A stretch of 64,000 nt of DNA from Eledone cirrhosa (Eukaryota). Both the position numbers and the translations under genes were made by a program. Each line of letters begins with the position of its first letter. Position 1 is the first letter of the stretch. The notes under the pieces were generated by a model. It saw only the letters and a list, made by a program, of their open reading frames with translations. It did no database searches and was not told the origin of the DNA. The DNA is taken from the NCBI GenBank assembly GCA_964016885.1, contig OZ024752.1:12276001-12340000 (forward strand), given 5' to 3'. Shown one piece after another: positions 1-12,914 of this stretch.

Positions 1-130
1 ATGGCTACATTTTACCAAGAAACATTTGAAAAGATATATAAATATAGCTTTCTCCTCCAACTTTTACCATCTTTCCTTACAGTTTTCTATCATAGAACCA
101 GGGCTTCTTTCAGATGGTTTGGCACATTAC

Positions 131-2388
131 TTAACTCTTTAGCATTTAAACTGGCCATATCCGGGCAGAATTATCTCACCTCTTTCTGTTCAAACCGGCC
201 GTAACCAACTGCTCATACTTACGTTGAGGTATTGTTCTCAAAATAAATAATATCAAAATCTCATAGATTCAATATTATGTGAGGTAAAACATTTACTGTG
301 AAAATACAATAGTATATATAGAGTAATGTAAATGTTATGTGAGGTAAAGCCTTTACTGTGAAAATACAATAGTATATATAGAGTAATGTAAATGTTATGT
401 GAGGTAAAGCCTTTACTGTGAAAATACAGACCTTTGGCGGTACTCAGTAATAGAGAAGACCCGCCTTACCTAAATACAAAGTAAAAACCTACTACAGTCA
501 GTAGGCACCTCTATCAAAACACACCCCCGTCCCACCACCTCCACCCCACCCACACCGCCCCTTTCAATGTAAAGTTATGTTGGTCCCACAACATCCAGGC
601 CGAAACAAATGAGATCGTGTAGGTGTCACGACAAAAAACACACAGTCCACGCTGTAAATGTGGCCGTGTAGGCAACACGGTAAAAACCTCCCAGCCCCAC
701 ACTGTAAATGTGGTTGGTGTTAGGAAGGGCATCCAGCTGTAGAAAACTCGCCAGACAGTCCACGCTGTAATGTGGCCGTGTAGGCAACACGGTAAAAACC
801 TCCCAGCCCCACACTGTAAATGTGGTTGGTGTTAGGAAGGGCATCCAACTGTAGAAAACCCGCCAGACAGTCCTATGCGAGCAAGACAACCACTCTTGCC
901 TCAAGTGGGAAAACCCCCGTCCAAACCCATGCAAGCGTGGAACACGGACGCTAAACCTGATGATGATGATGATGATGATGATGATATATAAAGTAATGTA
1001 AATGTTATGTGAGATATTATGTAAGGTAAAGCCTTTACTGTGAAAATACAATAGTATATATAAAGTAATGTAAATGTTATGTGAGATATTATGTGAGGTA
1101 AAGTGTTTACTGTGAAAATACAATAGTATATATAGATTAATGTAAATGTTATGTGAGATATTATGTGAGGTAAAGCCTTTACTGTGAAAATACAATAGTA
1201 TATATAAAGTAATGTAAATGTTATGTGAGATATTATGTAAGGTAAAGCCTTTACTGCGAAAATACAATAGTATATATAGAGTAATGTAAATGTTATGTGA
1301 GATATTATGTGAGGTAAAGCCTTTACTGTGAAAATACAATAGTATATATAAAGTAATGTAAATGTTATGTGAGATATTATGTGAGGTAAAACCTTTACTG
1401 TGAAAATACAATAGTATATATAGAGTAATGTAAATGTTATGTGAGATATTATGTGAGGTAAAACATTTACTGTGAAAATACAATAGTATATATAAAGTAA
1501 TGTAAATGTTATGTGAGATATTATGTGAGGTAAAACCTTTACTGTGAAAATACAATAGTATATATATAGAGTAATGTAAATGTTATGTGAGATATTATGA
1601 GGTAAAGCCTTTACTGTGAAAATACAATAGTATATATAGAGTAATGTAAATGTTATGTGAGATATTATGTGAGGTAAAGCCTTTACTGTGAAAATACAAT
1701 AGTATATATAGTGTAATGTAAATGTTATGTGAGATATTATGTGAAGTAAAGCCTTTACTGTGAAAATACAATAGTATATATAGAGTAATGTAAATGTTAT
1801 GTGAGATATTATGTGAGGTAAAACATTTACTGTGAAAATACAATAGTATATATAAAGTAATGTAAATGTTATGTGAGATATTATGTGAGGTAAAACATTT
1901 ACTGTGAAAATACAATAGTATATATAAAGTAATGTAAATGTTATGTGAGATATTATGTAAGGTAAAGCCTTTACTGTGAAAATACAATAGTATATATAAA
2001 GTAATGTAAATGTTATGTGAGATATTATGTGAGGTAAAGTGTTTACTGTGAAAATACAATAGTATATATAGAGTAATGTAAATGTTATGTGAGATAGATA
2101 TTATGTGAGGTAAAGCCTTTACTGTGAAAATACAATAGTATATATAGAGTAATGTAAATGTTATGTGAGATATTATGTGAGGCAAAGCCTTTACTGTGAA
2201 AATACAATAGTATATATAGAGTAATGTAAATTTTATGTGAGATATTATGTGAGGCAAAGCCTTTACTGTGAAAATACAATAGTATATATAGAGTAATGTA
2301 AATTTTATGTGAGATATTATGTGAGGTAAAGCCTTTACCATGAAAATACAATAGTATATATAGAGTAATGTAAATGGTAAAAGGTTAA
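131..2388. mobile_element. piggyBac-like MITE (TTAA-flanked) expanded by an internal tandem array and a nested insertion
   Basis: ttaa-ctctttagcattt ... aaatggtaaaagg-ttaa; unexpanded ~210-225 bp copies at 32307-32532, 39286-39498 and 56342-56569. Confidence 0.7.
985..2375. repeat. 60-bp tandem array (~23 units)
   Basis: Unit gtaatgtaaatgttatgtgagatattatgtgaggtaaagcctttactgtgaaaatacaatagtatatata(g/a)a-like. Confidence 0.95.
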
Positions 2389-2748
2389 CAACATTTCTTA
2401 CTTAAAATTATGATGGGAGGGTTTTATATGACTATAAACACTTTAAAATCAATAGACATGTATCATAAAACCATGGATGTTTGGAACATAACTTAACAAA
2501 TGTTCTTATATGAAATTATGATGGGAAGTTTTTATATTAATATATACACTTGAAAATTAACAGCTTTTTATCATAGGACCAGGGGTTGTTTCAGGTGGTT
2601 TGGAACATAACTAAACAAAGGTTCTTACATGAAATTATGATGGGAAGGTTTTATATGACTATAAAGACTTTAAAATCAATAGACATGTATTTTAGAACCA
2701 ATAAAAGATGAAATGAAAAGAGATAGAGAAAGTGAACTCGTTCCTTAC

Positions 2749-2847
2749 CATTGCCAGTTTCCAGCCAGATTTCCGTTCATTTTCAGTACAGTTTTTTCCA
2801 ATCCAGACGAAGATCCCACTTGATCCAGTGTCTAAGATGAAACAATC
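2749..2847 (-). CDS. Gelsolin-family exon 11 ([33 protein letters not shown])
   Basis: tttacag acceptor, gtaagg donor, 99 nt, DCFILD...IFVWIGK motif. Confidence 0.95.
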
Positions 2848-3395
2848 CTGTAAAAAAAAAGAAATAAGTATGAAGAAATATTTAGACACAGACAGAAGTG
2901 TTTTAAGATGAAAGAGAATGAATTCAAGAGAGAGAAAACAGAGAAAACAAGTTATGTGAAGGGAGGGGAAGAAACAAAAGAATAAATAATTGTTTCTACT
3001 TTTGACACAAGGCCAGCAATTATCCCAGTGTATTACTGGTACTTTATTTTATCGACCCTGTAAGAATGAAAGGCAAAGTTAACTTCGGCGGGATTTGAAC
3101 TCAGGCAGTAAAGGGACGTAACTCTATGCTTCAACGCATGGTGTCCGACCTTCTAAAAATAAATAATGAAGAAAGGAGAGGGAGAATGAAAGGGGGCAAA
3201 CTCTACGCCTTTCGCTGGGTGGTATATCTTATCTCAGTTCCCATCCTGTGGATAAGATGGTGAAAGTATTATCGTGGAGAGCAGCCAGTGGCACCCACTG
3301 CATCAACCACTCCACCCTGCAGTGCTCCTTCCTCGGATGGGGGGAAGTCCTACCGATAATGTGGAAGAAAACAGCAGTCTAGGGATCAATAACAC

Positions 3396-5150
3396 TGGTT
3401 TGTGGCCACAGTGAAAAGGTTAGAATTGAAAGTAGTGCCATGGTTTGTGGCCACAGTGAAAAGGTTAGAATTGAAAGTAGTGCCATGGTTTGTGGCTACA
3501 GTGAAAAGGTTAGAATTGAAAGTAGTGCCATGGTTTGTGGCTACAGTGAAAAGGTTAGAATTGAAAGTAGTGCCATGGTTTGTGGCCACAGTGAAAAGGT
3601 TAGAATTGAAAGTGGTGCCATGGTTTGTGGCTACAGTGAAAAGGTTAGAATTGAAAGTAGTGCCATGGTTTGTGGCCACAGTGAAAAGGTTAGAATTGAA
3701 AGTGGTGCCATGGTTTGTGGCTACAGTGAAAAGGTTAGAATTGAAAGTAGTGCCATGGTTTGTGGCCACAGTGAAAAGGTTAGAATTGAAAGTGGTGCCA
3801 TGGTTTGTGGCCACAGTGAAAAGGTTAGAATTGAAAGTGGTGCCATGGTTTGTGGCCACAGTGAAAAGGTTAGAATTGAAAGTGGTGCCATGGTTTGTGG
3901 CCACAGTGAAAAGGTTAGAATGGAAAGTAGTGCCATGGTTTGTGGCCACAGTGAAAAGGTTAGAATTGAAAGTGGTGCCATGGTTTGTGGCCACAGTGAA
4001 AAGGTTAGAATTGAAAGTGGTGCCATGGTTTGTGGCCACAGTGAAAAGGTTAGAATTGAAAGTAGTGCCATGGTTTGTGGCCACAGTGAAAAGGTTAGAA
4101 TTGAAAGTGGTGCCATGGTTTGTGGCCACAGTGAAAAGGTTAGAATTGAAAGTGGTGCCATGGTTTGTGGCCACAGTGAAAAGGTTAGAATTGAAAGTGG
4201 TGCCATGGTTTGTGGCCACAGTGAAAAGGTTAGAATTGAAAGTGGTGCCATGGTTTGTGGCCACAGTGAAAAGGTTAGAATTGAAAGTGGTGCCATGGTT
4301 TGTGGCCACAGTGAAAAGGTTAGAATTGAAAGTGGTGCCATGGTTTGTGGCTACAGTGAAAAGGTTAGAATTGAAAGTAGTGCCATGGTTTGTGGCCACA
4401 GTGAAAAGGTTAGAATTGAAAGTGGTGCCATGGTTTGTGGCCACAGTGAAAAGGTTAGAATTGAAAGTAGTGCCATGGTTTGTGGCCACAGTGAAAAGGT
4501 TAGAATTGAAAGTGGTGCCATGGTTTGTGGCCACAGTGAAAAGGTTAGAATTGAAAGTGGTGCCATGGTTTGTGGCTACAGTGAAAAGGTTAGAATTGAA
4601 AGTAGTGCCATGGTTTGTGGCCACAGTGAAAAGGTTAGAATTGAAAGTGGTGCCATGGTTTGTGGCCACAGTGAAAAGGTTAGAATTGAAAGTAGTGCCA
4701 TGGTTTGTGGCTACAGTGAAAAGGTTAGAATTGAAAGTGGTGCCATGGTTTGTGGCCACAGTGAAAAGGTTAGAATTGAAAGTGGTGCCATGGTTTGTGG
4801 CTACAGTGAAAAGGTTAGAATTGAAAGTAGTGCCATGGTTTGTGGCCACAGTGAAAAGGTTAGAATTGAAAGTGGTGCCATGGTTTGTGGCCACAGTGAA
4901 AAGGTTAGAATTGAAAGTAGTGCCATGGTTTGTGGCTACAGTGAAAAGGTTAGAATTGAAAGTGGTGCCATGGTTTGTGGCCACAGTGAAAAGGTTAGAA
5001 TTGAAAGTAGTGCCATGGTTTGTGGCTACAGTGAAAAGGTTAGAATTGAAAGTGGTGCCATGGTTTGTGGCCACAGTGAAAAGGTTAGAATTGAAAGTAG
5101 TGCTATGGTTTGTGGCCACAGTGAAAAGGTTAGAATCATGGTTTGTGGCT
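3396..5150. repeat. 45-bp minisatellite (~39 highly homogeneous units)
   Basis: Unit ggtttgtggc(c/t)acagtgaaaaggttagaattgaaagt(a/g)gtgccat. Confidence 0.97.
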
Positions 5151-5471
5151 GAAATGACAAATCTCCCTCAAATTACAATATACTCTCTTTAAAAGAATAC
5201 ATAGTATTAGATAATTGTTTCTACTTTAGGCACAAGGCCAGCAATCACCCAGTGCATTACTGGTACTTTATTTTATCGACCCCGTAAGGATGAAAGGCAA
5301 AGTCAACCTCGGCGGGATTTGAACTCAGATCGTAAAGGGACGTAACTATGCTGGAAAGCATGGCGTCCGACCCTCCACCGATACTGCCAATCCACCTACA
5401 TAGCATTAGATAATGGTTTCTAAATTAGGTACAAGCAAGAGAAGGAGGAGGAGGTGGGGGGGGAGACTTAC

Positions 5472-5550
5472 ACTGGAATCCAACATGTCACTTTGAAGTG
5501 GACGGCCTCCAGCTTCAGTTATTTCAATTTTTCCTTCATCATCACAGACT
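5472..5550 (-). CDS. Gelsolin-family exon 10 (RVCDDEGKIEITEAGGRPLQSDMLDSS)
   Basis: accag acceptor, gtaagt donor, 79 nt, start of G3. Confidence 0.92.
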
Positions 5551-5559
5551 CTGGTAGAT

Positions 5560-6140
5560 ATATAGAGAGAGAAATAGGTGAGATTAAGAGAGAGAGAGAG
5601 ATGGAGAGACACAGAGAGAGAGAGACAGATGGAAAGAGACAGCGAGAGAGAGAGAGGGGGAGAGACAGAGATGGAGGGAGGGGGAGGGGAAGAGGAAGAG
5701 AGAAAGAGAGAGTGAGAAAGGCAGAGGGTAAAAAGAGGGAGAGAGAGAAAGGGAGAAAGAGTGAGAGATTGAAAGGAAGAGAGAATTAGAGAGAAGCAGA
5801 GAGAGAGAGAGAAGGAGGAGAAAGGAAGAGAGAATTAGAGAGAAGCAGAGAGAGAGAGAGGGAGGAGAAAGGAAGAGAGAAGCAGAGAGAGAGAGAGAGA
5901 GAGGGGGAGAAAGGAAGAGAGAATTAGAGAGAAGCAGAGAGAGAGAGGAGAAAGGAAGAGAGAATTAGAGAGAAGCAGGGAGAGAGAGAGGAAGGAGAAA
6001 AAAGAGAGAATTAGAGAGAAGCAGAGAGAGAGGGGAAAGAGAAAGGAAGAGAGAATTAGAGAGAAGCAGAGCGAGAAAGAGGAAGGAGAAAAAAAGAGAG
6101 AATTAGAGAGAAAGAGAGGAAAGAGAAAGGAAGAGAGAAG
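5560..6140. repeat. (GA)-rich low-complexity tract
   Basis: Seen directly. Confidence 0.9.
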
Positions 6141-6479
6141 AAAACATCGAAGATTTTATTTAAATAATTTCTAAATTCTAAATTATTTGTCTTTAAGAAT
6201 AAAGTAAAGAAGTTTGTTTTCACAATTTTATGCCAATGGAAAAAAATAGACTTTCCAAGCCACTTATTTTCCTTGAGCCAATTCCAGGCCATATTAAAAT
6301 TTTTCTTAGGTCCACTGGACTAAATAGCAATCTATATATAAATTTGAGCGACTTCCGTCCGTCCGTCACATAATGTGTAGATGTCTGTGTGTGTTAGTGT
6401 GAATGTGTGTGTGTAAAAGGAAGGAAGAGATTGGTGAAAAAGACTATAGCAAAACAGAGGCTGGTGTTTCATTTGCTAC

Positions 6480-7150
6480 GCTGTGTGTGAGTGTATGTGT
6501 ATGTGTGTGTTTTTGTGAATGTATGTGTGTGTATGTGTTTGTGTGAATGTGTGTGTGTGTGTTTTTGTGAATGTATCTGTGTGTATGTGTTTGTGTGAAT
6601 GTGTGTGTGTGTGTTTGTGTAAATGTGTGTGTTCTTGTGTAAATGCATGTGTGTGTTTGTGTAAATGTATATGTATATATGTGTGAATGTATGTGGGAAC
6701 ATATGTGTATTTGTGTGAATGTATGTGTACGTTTGTGTAAATGTGTGTGTGTTTGTGTAAATGTGTGTCTGTGTTTGTGTAAATGTATGTGTGTTTGTGT
6801 AAATGTGTGTGTGTATTTATGTGAATGTATGTGTGAATGTATGTGTGTGTTTGTGTAAGTATGTGTGAATGTATGTGTGTTTGTGTAAATGTGTGTGTGT
6901 TTGTGTGAATGTATGTGTGTGTTTATGTAAATGTGTGTGTGTTTGTGTGAATGTATGTGTGAATGTATGTGTGTGTTTGTGTTTGTGTGAATGTATGTGT
7001 GTGTTTATGTAAATGTGTGTGTGTTTGTGTGAATGTATGTGTGTGTTTGTGTGAATGTATGTGTATTTGTGTGAATGTATGTGTGAATGTATGTGTGAAT
7101 GTATGTGTGAATGTATGTCTGTGAGTGTGAATTTTTGTAAATGTGTCTGT
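6480..7150. repeat. (TG)-rich tract
   Basis: Seen directly. Confidence 0.9.
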
Positions 7151-8131
7151 GTTAAACATGTTTATATTTATATACTCATACATATGTCAGTGTGTTGAAA
7201 ACTATTTTAGTTCATATAAATTTCTTTAACTCTTTTCATAGCAACCTTATCCTTCTATCAAACAAAGCCACACGTTTAATCAGTTCCTATTTAAATTAAC
7301 TCCCTCCAACATAATTTTATATAAGGACCTTTTGTTAAGTTATATTCCAAATACCATTTAATAACGAAATAATTAATAATTTTAGTAAATCCCTCAAAAT
7401 TCTTCAGTAATTAATTGAAATAGTGTTTCATTGAAAATATGGTAATGAAAAGTGTTAACACTTCCTATTTAAATTTTAATCTTCCGATATATATGAACCA
7501 TATGTTAAGTTACTATCCTAACATAATAATTGATAATTTAAATAGAACCCTCCAAATACTTCATTAATTAATCAAAATATAGCTTCTGTCAAATGTGGAA
7601 ATGAAAAGGTTAAGTATATATATTTTTTAATATTGACATAAAATGGTGATGAAGACTCAGGTATGACATTGAAACAATCATTATAGATTTTCCTCTCGAA
7701 CAAAAGGATGGTGTGGTCATCTAGAAAACACACACGGTGTTATGAGGCTGTTTGCTTGCAAACAAACTGAATATTAATAATTGTTTCTACTTTTGGCACA
7801 AGGCCAGCAATTACCCAGTGTATTACTAGTACTTTATTTTATAGACCCCATAAGGATGAAAAGCAAAGTTAACCTCGGCGGGATTTGAACTCAGAATGGT
7901 AAGGGCCATAACTATATGCGTCAAAGCATGGCGTCCGACCCTCTATCGCTACTGCCAATCCACCTGAATATTAATAATATTTTTATGATATTAGAATCAT
8001 TCACTCGTGAATACATTTAGGTATCCACCATGTTAGAGCGAAAACAGATTTTAATAAATGTTCAATAGCGGTGCCCCAGCATGGTCTCAACCCCTTGGCT
8101 GGAACACAAATAAATAAATCAGTTTTAGTAC

Positions 8132-8261
8132 CTGTGTAATTTTATATGTCCTTTTAGGTTCTTCTCAAACTCATCATCATCTGCAGCAGTGTCTTCAGAA
8201 TTTATAGTGTCATGGGAACCTAATTGTTTGAAAAACTCTACATCGGAATCCCATAGTTTAT
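8132..8261 (-). CDS. Gelsolin-family exon 9 (DKLWDSDVEFFKQLG...GHIKLH)
   Basis: cctcag acceptor, gtacta donor, 130 nt, phases 1 and 2 match the neighbouring exons. Confidence 0.9.
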
Positions 8262-8417
8262 CTGAGGATATAAACAACAGAAAAATATTTATTGAGCTTA
8301 GCATAAATATCAAATAAATACCATATACAGCGATGTATTTGTTTTGCAAGGTTCTTTGTATGAAATCGTGTGTTGAAACAGATATTGTTATATTTGGGGA
8401 GGGTCATGTTGTTATGT

Positions 8418-8702
8418 GGAGGCATGTGGCCTAGTGGTAGGGGTGTTGGACTTACAATCATAATGTCGTGGGTTCTATTCCTGGGTTGTGTGTTGTGTTC
8501 TTGAGCAAAATACTTCATTTCATGTTGCTCCAGTATACTCAGTTGAAAATGAGTACCAGCAATGGCTGGAGGTTTAACCCTGCGATGGACTGGCGTCCTG
8601 TCCAGTGGGGAGTCTTGTACTCTCAGTCGTTTCACGCCATGAAATCGGGATAAGCACCGGCCAAATGAGCCTTCTGGCTTAGGACAGACTTTAGACTTAG
8701 AC
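8418..8702 (+). mobile_element. tRNA-head SINE family B (second copy at 37412-37696 on the minus strand)
   Basis: tggcctagtgg A box, ggttctattcc B box, gtgttcttgagcaa.. CORE-like segment, ccctgcgatggactggcgtcctgtccag segment, (ttagac) tail. Confidence 0.82.
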
Positions 8703-9329
8703 ATGTTGTTCTAATATTGCGAGAAAAATATAGTAAAACACACTCACTGTTGATAAACATTGATTGCCAGCTGAATTATTTATAGAAATATAAAAAATAT
8801 ACTGAAGCAAAAACGAAACCAAACAGTGAGTGTGTTTTACTATATTTTTCTGGCAGTATTAGCACAACGTGACCCTTCCCAAATATAGCAATTACCATAC
8901 ATACACTTATATAAGCCGAGAAATATGTGACAAATTAATTGAGAGTAAAATGAGGGTTGTCTTATATTTGAGGTTAATATTTTGACGAGTTTCATCAACT
9001 TCAAATTCTAAAAAGGTGCTAAAATATTTGCAGTGATTATTTTACAATGAAACATAGTTTTTCTACATTTACTACATCATTATCACTGACATTTATGCAT
9101 TCTCTAGAAATATGTTTACATCAAGGGATGCCTGTGCATGAAGCATGACTTTGAAACACCAGGTAGTTTTTGGCCTATACTGAAATGATGAGGGAATGGA
9201 CCCACAACAAAATTTGCAACTGTGCAGTATTGAGATCTCTTGTTGCCCAATGTTCCATGGGAAGCAAACGGAACTAAAGAAAAAGATGGTGTGGGACAGA
9301 GCAAATGAGAGACACAAAATAACAAATTA

Positions 9330-9372
9330 GTCACTGAGGAATTCACAGAATGTGTGACGAAAGAGTTTTGAC
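9330..9372 (+). ncRNA. Hammerhead motif (paralogue of 43878-43920)
   Basis: gtca-CTGAGGA-attcacagaatgtgtgac-GAAA-gagt-TT-tgac. Confidence 0.65.
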
Positions 9373-9605
9373 AATAAACAAATAACCAACTGTCCAGTTA
9401 TTAAACTAACCGGCTGGAAGTTTATGATAAATTGAATTGAAACCCAACAGGTGTATGTGTTTTTATTGGCAGCATGACCCTCCCAAAGTATAACAATATA
9501 TATATATAGAGAGAGAGAGAGGGAGAACACTGGAAGGTAATATCCATAGTGGTAGAGCACTCAGTCCATGGGATGAGTTAGGTAGAAGTAGTAACACAAC
9601 TGATT

Positions 9606-9658
9606 ACCAGTCCGAGCTGAAGATCCGCATAAGGTGAAACAATTGTTCTCGGTTTGGT
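9606..9658 (+). ncRNA. Minimal type I hammerhead ribozyme motif
   Basis: ccgag-CTGAAGA-tccgcataaggt-GAAA-caattg-TT-ctcgg; stem I ccgag/ctcgg plus acca/tggt; palindromic stem III ACAATTGT. Confidence 0.8.
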
Positions 9659-9679
9659 GAACTAACTGTTGTGTTACTA

Positions 9680-9722
<43 letters not shown>

Positions 9723-9975
9723 AGATCGTGTAGGTGTCACGACAAAAAAACACACAGTCCACGCTGTAATGTGGCCGTGTAGGCAACACGGTAAAAACCT
9801 CCCAGACCCACACTGTAAATGTGGTTGGTGTTAGGAAGGGCATCCAACTGTAGAAAACCTGCCAGACAGTCCTATGCGAGCAAGACAATCACTCTTGCCT
9901 CAAGTGGGACTACCCTCGTCCAAACCCATGCAAGCGTGGAACACGGACGTTAAACGTTGATGATGATGATGATGA

Positions 9976-10007
<32 letters not shown>

Positions 10008-10009
<2 letters not shown>

Positions 10010-10455
10010 CTGAATCAATGGCCGAGCTAGAGAAGAAATTCCAAACATGGAAGCATGGCCTAGAATCAAAAGGGCTTAAAATTAACCTGGCTAAGACTAA
10101 AGTTCTAGTTTGTAGGAAAGAAAATAAGGCGACGGTCCCTTCCGGGAAATGGCCATGCTCAGTGTGTAGGAAAGGCGTAGGTAGAAACTCCATTTTATGT
10201 CCCAAATGCAAAGTATGGGTACATAAAAGATGTAGTGGGATCACAGGTAAGCTAACTAAGAACATAGATTTTACATGTGGCCGGTGCTCTGGTGCAATAA
10301 GTAGCAGCAAGTGCCCACAAAATACTAGCTCTTTCAATTGCGCAGAGGGTTCTATAGAAATAGTGGACAGCTTCCGTTACCTGGGTGACAAAATCAGCAG
10401 TGGGGGAGGGTGCTCTGAAAGTACAGTAGCTAGAGTCAGAACTGGTTGGAAAAAG
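10008..10455 (+). mobile_element. RTE LINE fragment (RT C-terminal part with PHD-type finger)
   Basis: GLKINLAKTK..WPCSVC..CPKC..HKRC..CGRC..FRYLGD. Confidence 0.9.
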
Positions 10456-10562
10456 AATATACCTTAATGGTTCAAGTTTTCCTTGGATAGTCTATCCAAG
10501 GAAAAATTGAACCATTAAGGTATTTTCCTTGGTTATGTCAAAAATTTATAAAACTCACTTCG

Positions 10563-10623
10563 TATTTTATCTGATGAAAGCGTACCAAAGTTTTGGTACC
10601 CTTGAAATATATATAATAGAATA
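10563..10623 (+). ncRNA. Minimal type I hammerhead ribozyme motif
   Basis: tattttat-CTGATGA-aagcgtaccaaagttttggtaccctt-GAAA-tatata-TA-atagaata; 8-bp stem I, long stem II, palindromic stem III. Confidence 0.8.
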
Positions 10624-10923
10624 AATATGGTTTTATAAATATAGTTTTCCATTTATTCAATATCATTGTATATATATATAGACAGTTGATCGACAAGATC
10701 CCAGACCTCATCAAATCGGATTGAGGAAACAATATTTCCATAGGTTTTTCCAATTGCTAATACTATCTACTGGTCACAAATCCAAGCAGGAGTAATGTGA
10801 AATAAAGTGTCTTGCTCAAGGACATAACCCATTGCCCGGTCCGGGAATCAATCTCCCAACCTCACGATTGCGAATCCAATTCTCTAACCACTCAGCCACG
10901 CTTATCTTGAAAGTTTAGCTTAC

Positions 10924-10990
10924 CTACAATTTTTATGGTGGCCTTTCCTGACCGTTCTTCATCTCTTATGCGTTTAGCAACATCCATACC
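10924..10990 (-). CDS. Gelsolin-family exon 8 (GMDVAKRIRDEERSGKATIKIV)
   Basis: ttgtag acceptor, gtaagc donor, 67 nt, IRDxERxG motif, ends in phase 1. Confidence 0.93.
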
Positions 10991-11744
10991 CTACAAATAA
11001 AGAGACATTATGTGTATTAGCAGTATTAGTAGAGGGTTGGACGCCATGCTTTCTAGCACAGTTACGTCCCTTTACAGTCTGAGTTCAAATCCCGCCGAGG
11101 TTAACTTTGCCTTTCATCCTTACGAGGTCGATAAAATAAAATACCAGTAATGCACTGGGGGTAATTGATGGCCTTGTGCCTATATAAGAAACCATTATTT
11201 ACTTGTCTTACCAGCAGAGTCATTAGGTCCACGTTCAGTGTTCATGGTAACATAACTAAAATATTTTATAAGGGGACAATTGACAGCAATTTCTGTAGAG
11301 TGCTTACCAATATGGCATGATATTCACTAATATCATTCATGACATACCTTTCATCTCCTTCTTCTTCTTTTTCTTCTTTTTATCTTTCCTTTTTCTCTTT
11401 TTCTTTTTTATCTTTCTTCTTCTTCTTTATTTTTTTCTTTTCTTCTTTTTCTTTCCCTTTCTCTTTCTTTTTTCTCTTTTTCTTTTTCTCTTTTTTTCTT
11501 TATCTTTCTTTTTTTATTTTTATTTTTTCTCTCTTTATTTTTATTTTCTTCTTCTCATATTAACCCTTTAAACCCCCACCACACCTGTCATTCATCAATG
11601 ACACTATAATTGTTACCTTCCCCCTCCACCCTAACCCTAATCACCCCATGATATACGTATAACCCGCACCACCCCACTACTCTGCATATATATATATTAG
11701 ATATTAATTTAACAATGGAAATTATAACAGAGTCAAGTTATTTT

Positions 11745-12707
11745 ATGCTGTGTTGACTGCCGTGTATATTTTACACAGCTACAGTTGCTGTGTTAACTGC
11801 CGTGTATATTTTACACAGCTACAGTTGCTGTGTTGACTGCCGTGTATATTTTACACAGCTACCGTTGCTGTGTTGACTGCCGTGTATATTTTACACAGCT
11901 ACCGTTGCTGTGTTGACTGCCGTGTATATTTTACACTGCTACCGTTGCTGTGTTGACTGCCGTGTATATTTTACACTGCTACCGTTGCTGTGTTGACTGC
12001 TGTGTTGACTGCCGTGTATATTTTACACTGCTACCGTTGCTGTGTTGACTGCTGTGTATATTTTACACTGCTACCGTTGCTGTGTTGACTGCCGTGTATA
12101 TTTTACACTGCTACCGTTGCTGTGTTGACTGCTGTGTTGACTGCCGTGTATATTTTACACTGCTACCGTTGCTGTGTTGACTGCTGTGTATATTTTACAC
12201 TGCTACCGTTGCTGTGTTGACTGCCGTGTATATTTTACACAGCTACCGTTGCTGTGTTGACTGCCGTGTATATTTTACACAGCTACCGTTGCTGTGTTGA
12301 CTGCCGTGTATATTTTACACTGCTACCGTTGCTGTGTTGACTGCCGTATATTTTACACTGCTACCGTTGCTGTGTTGACTGCTGTGTTGACTGCCGTGTA
12401 TATTTTACACTGCTACCGTTGCTGTGTTGACTGCCGTGTATATTTTACACAGCTACAGTTGCTGTGTTGACTGCCGTGTATATTTTACACTGCTACAGTT
12501 GCTGTGTTGACTGCCGTGTATATTTTACACAGCTACAGTTGCTGTGTTGACTGCCATGTATATTTTACACGGCTACAGTTGCTGTGTTGACTGCCGTGTA
12601 TATTTTACACAGCTACAGTTGCTGTGTTGACTGCCGTGTATATTTTACACTGCTACCGTTGCTGTGTTGACTGCCGTGTATATTTTACACAGATACAGTT
12701 GCTGTGC
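11745..12707. repeat. ~40-bp minisatellite
   Basis: Unit gttgctgtgttgactgccgtgtatattttacac(a/t)gctac(a/c), with occasional 12-bp internal duplications. Confidence 0.95.
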
Positions 12708-12914
12708 AGGGTTTTCTTTTCAGTAAAATGACTATATTTTTAAACAAACATTTATTAACAACATATCTGAATGATTGACAAGCGTTACATCAATAAACTA
12801 GTAACCCCATCTAGCTTTGAAGTTATGAACTGTTGCAAAAGAGTTCAAATATGTTAGGAAAAGTTATCTCATCTACGGCACTGAAGAGGTTAAAGCAATT
12901 TAAACTTCATCTAC

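Noticed and set aside
626-2351. Repetitive YFHSKGFTSHNISHNIYITLYILL ORFs
   Set aside because: Translation of the 60-bp MITE-derived array
3190-3390. GC-richer unique stretch before the 45-bp array, and a similar one at 18200-18450
   Set aside because: No recognisable coding, structural or repeat signature by eye
3386-5192. 570-596 aa ORFs on both strands
   Set aside because: They are translations of a 45-bp minisatellite that lacks stops in several frames, inside an intron
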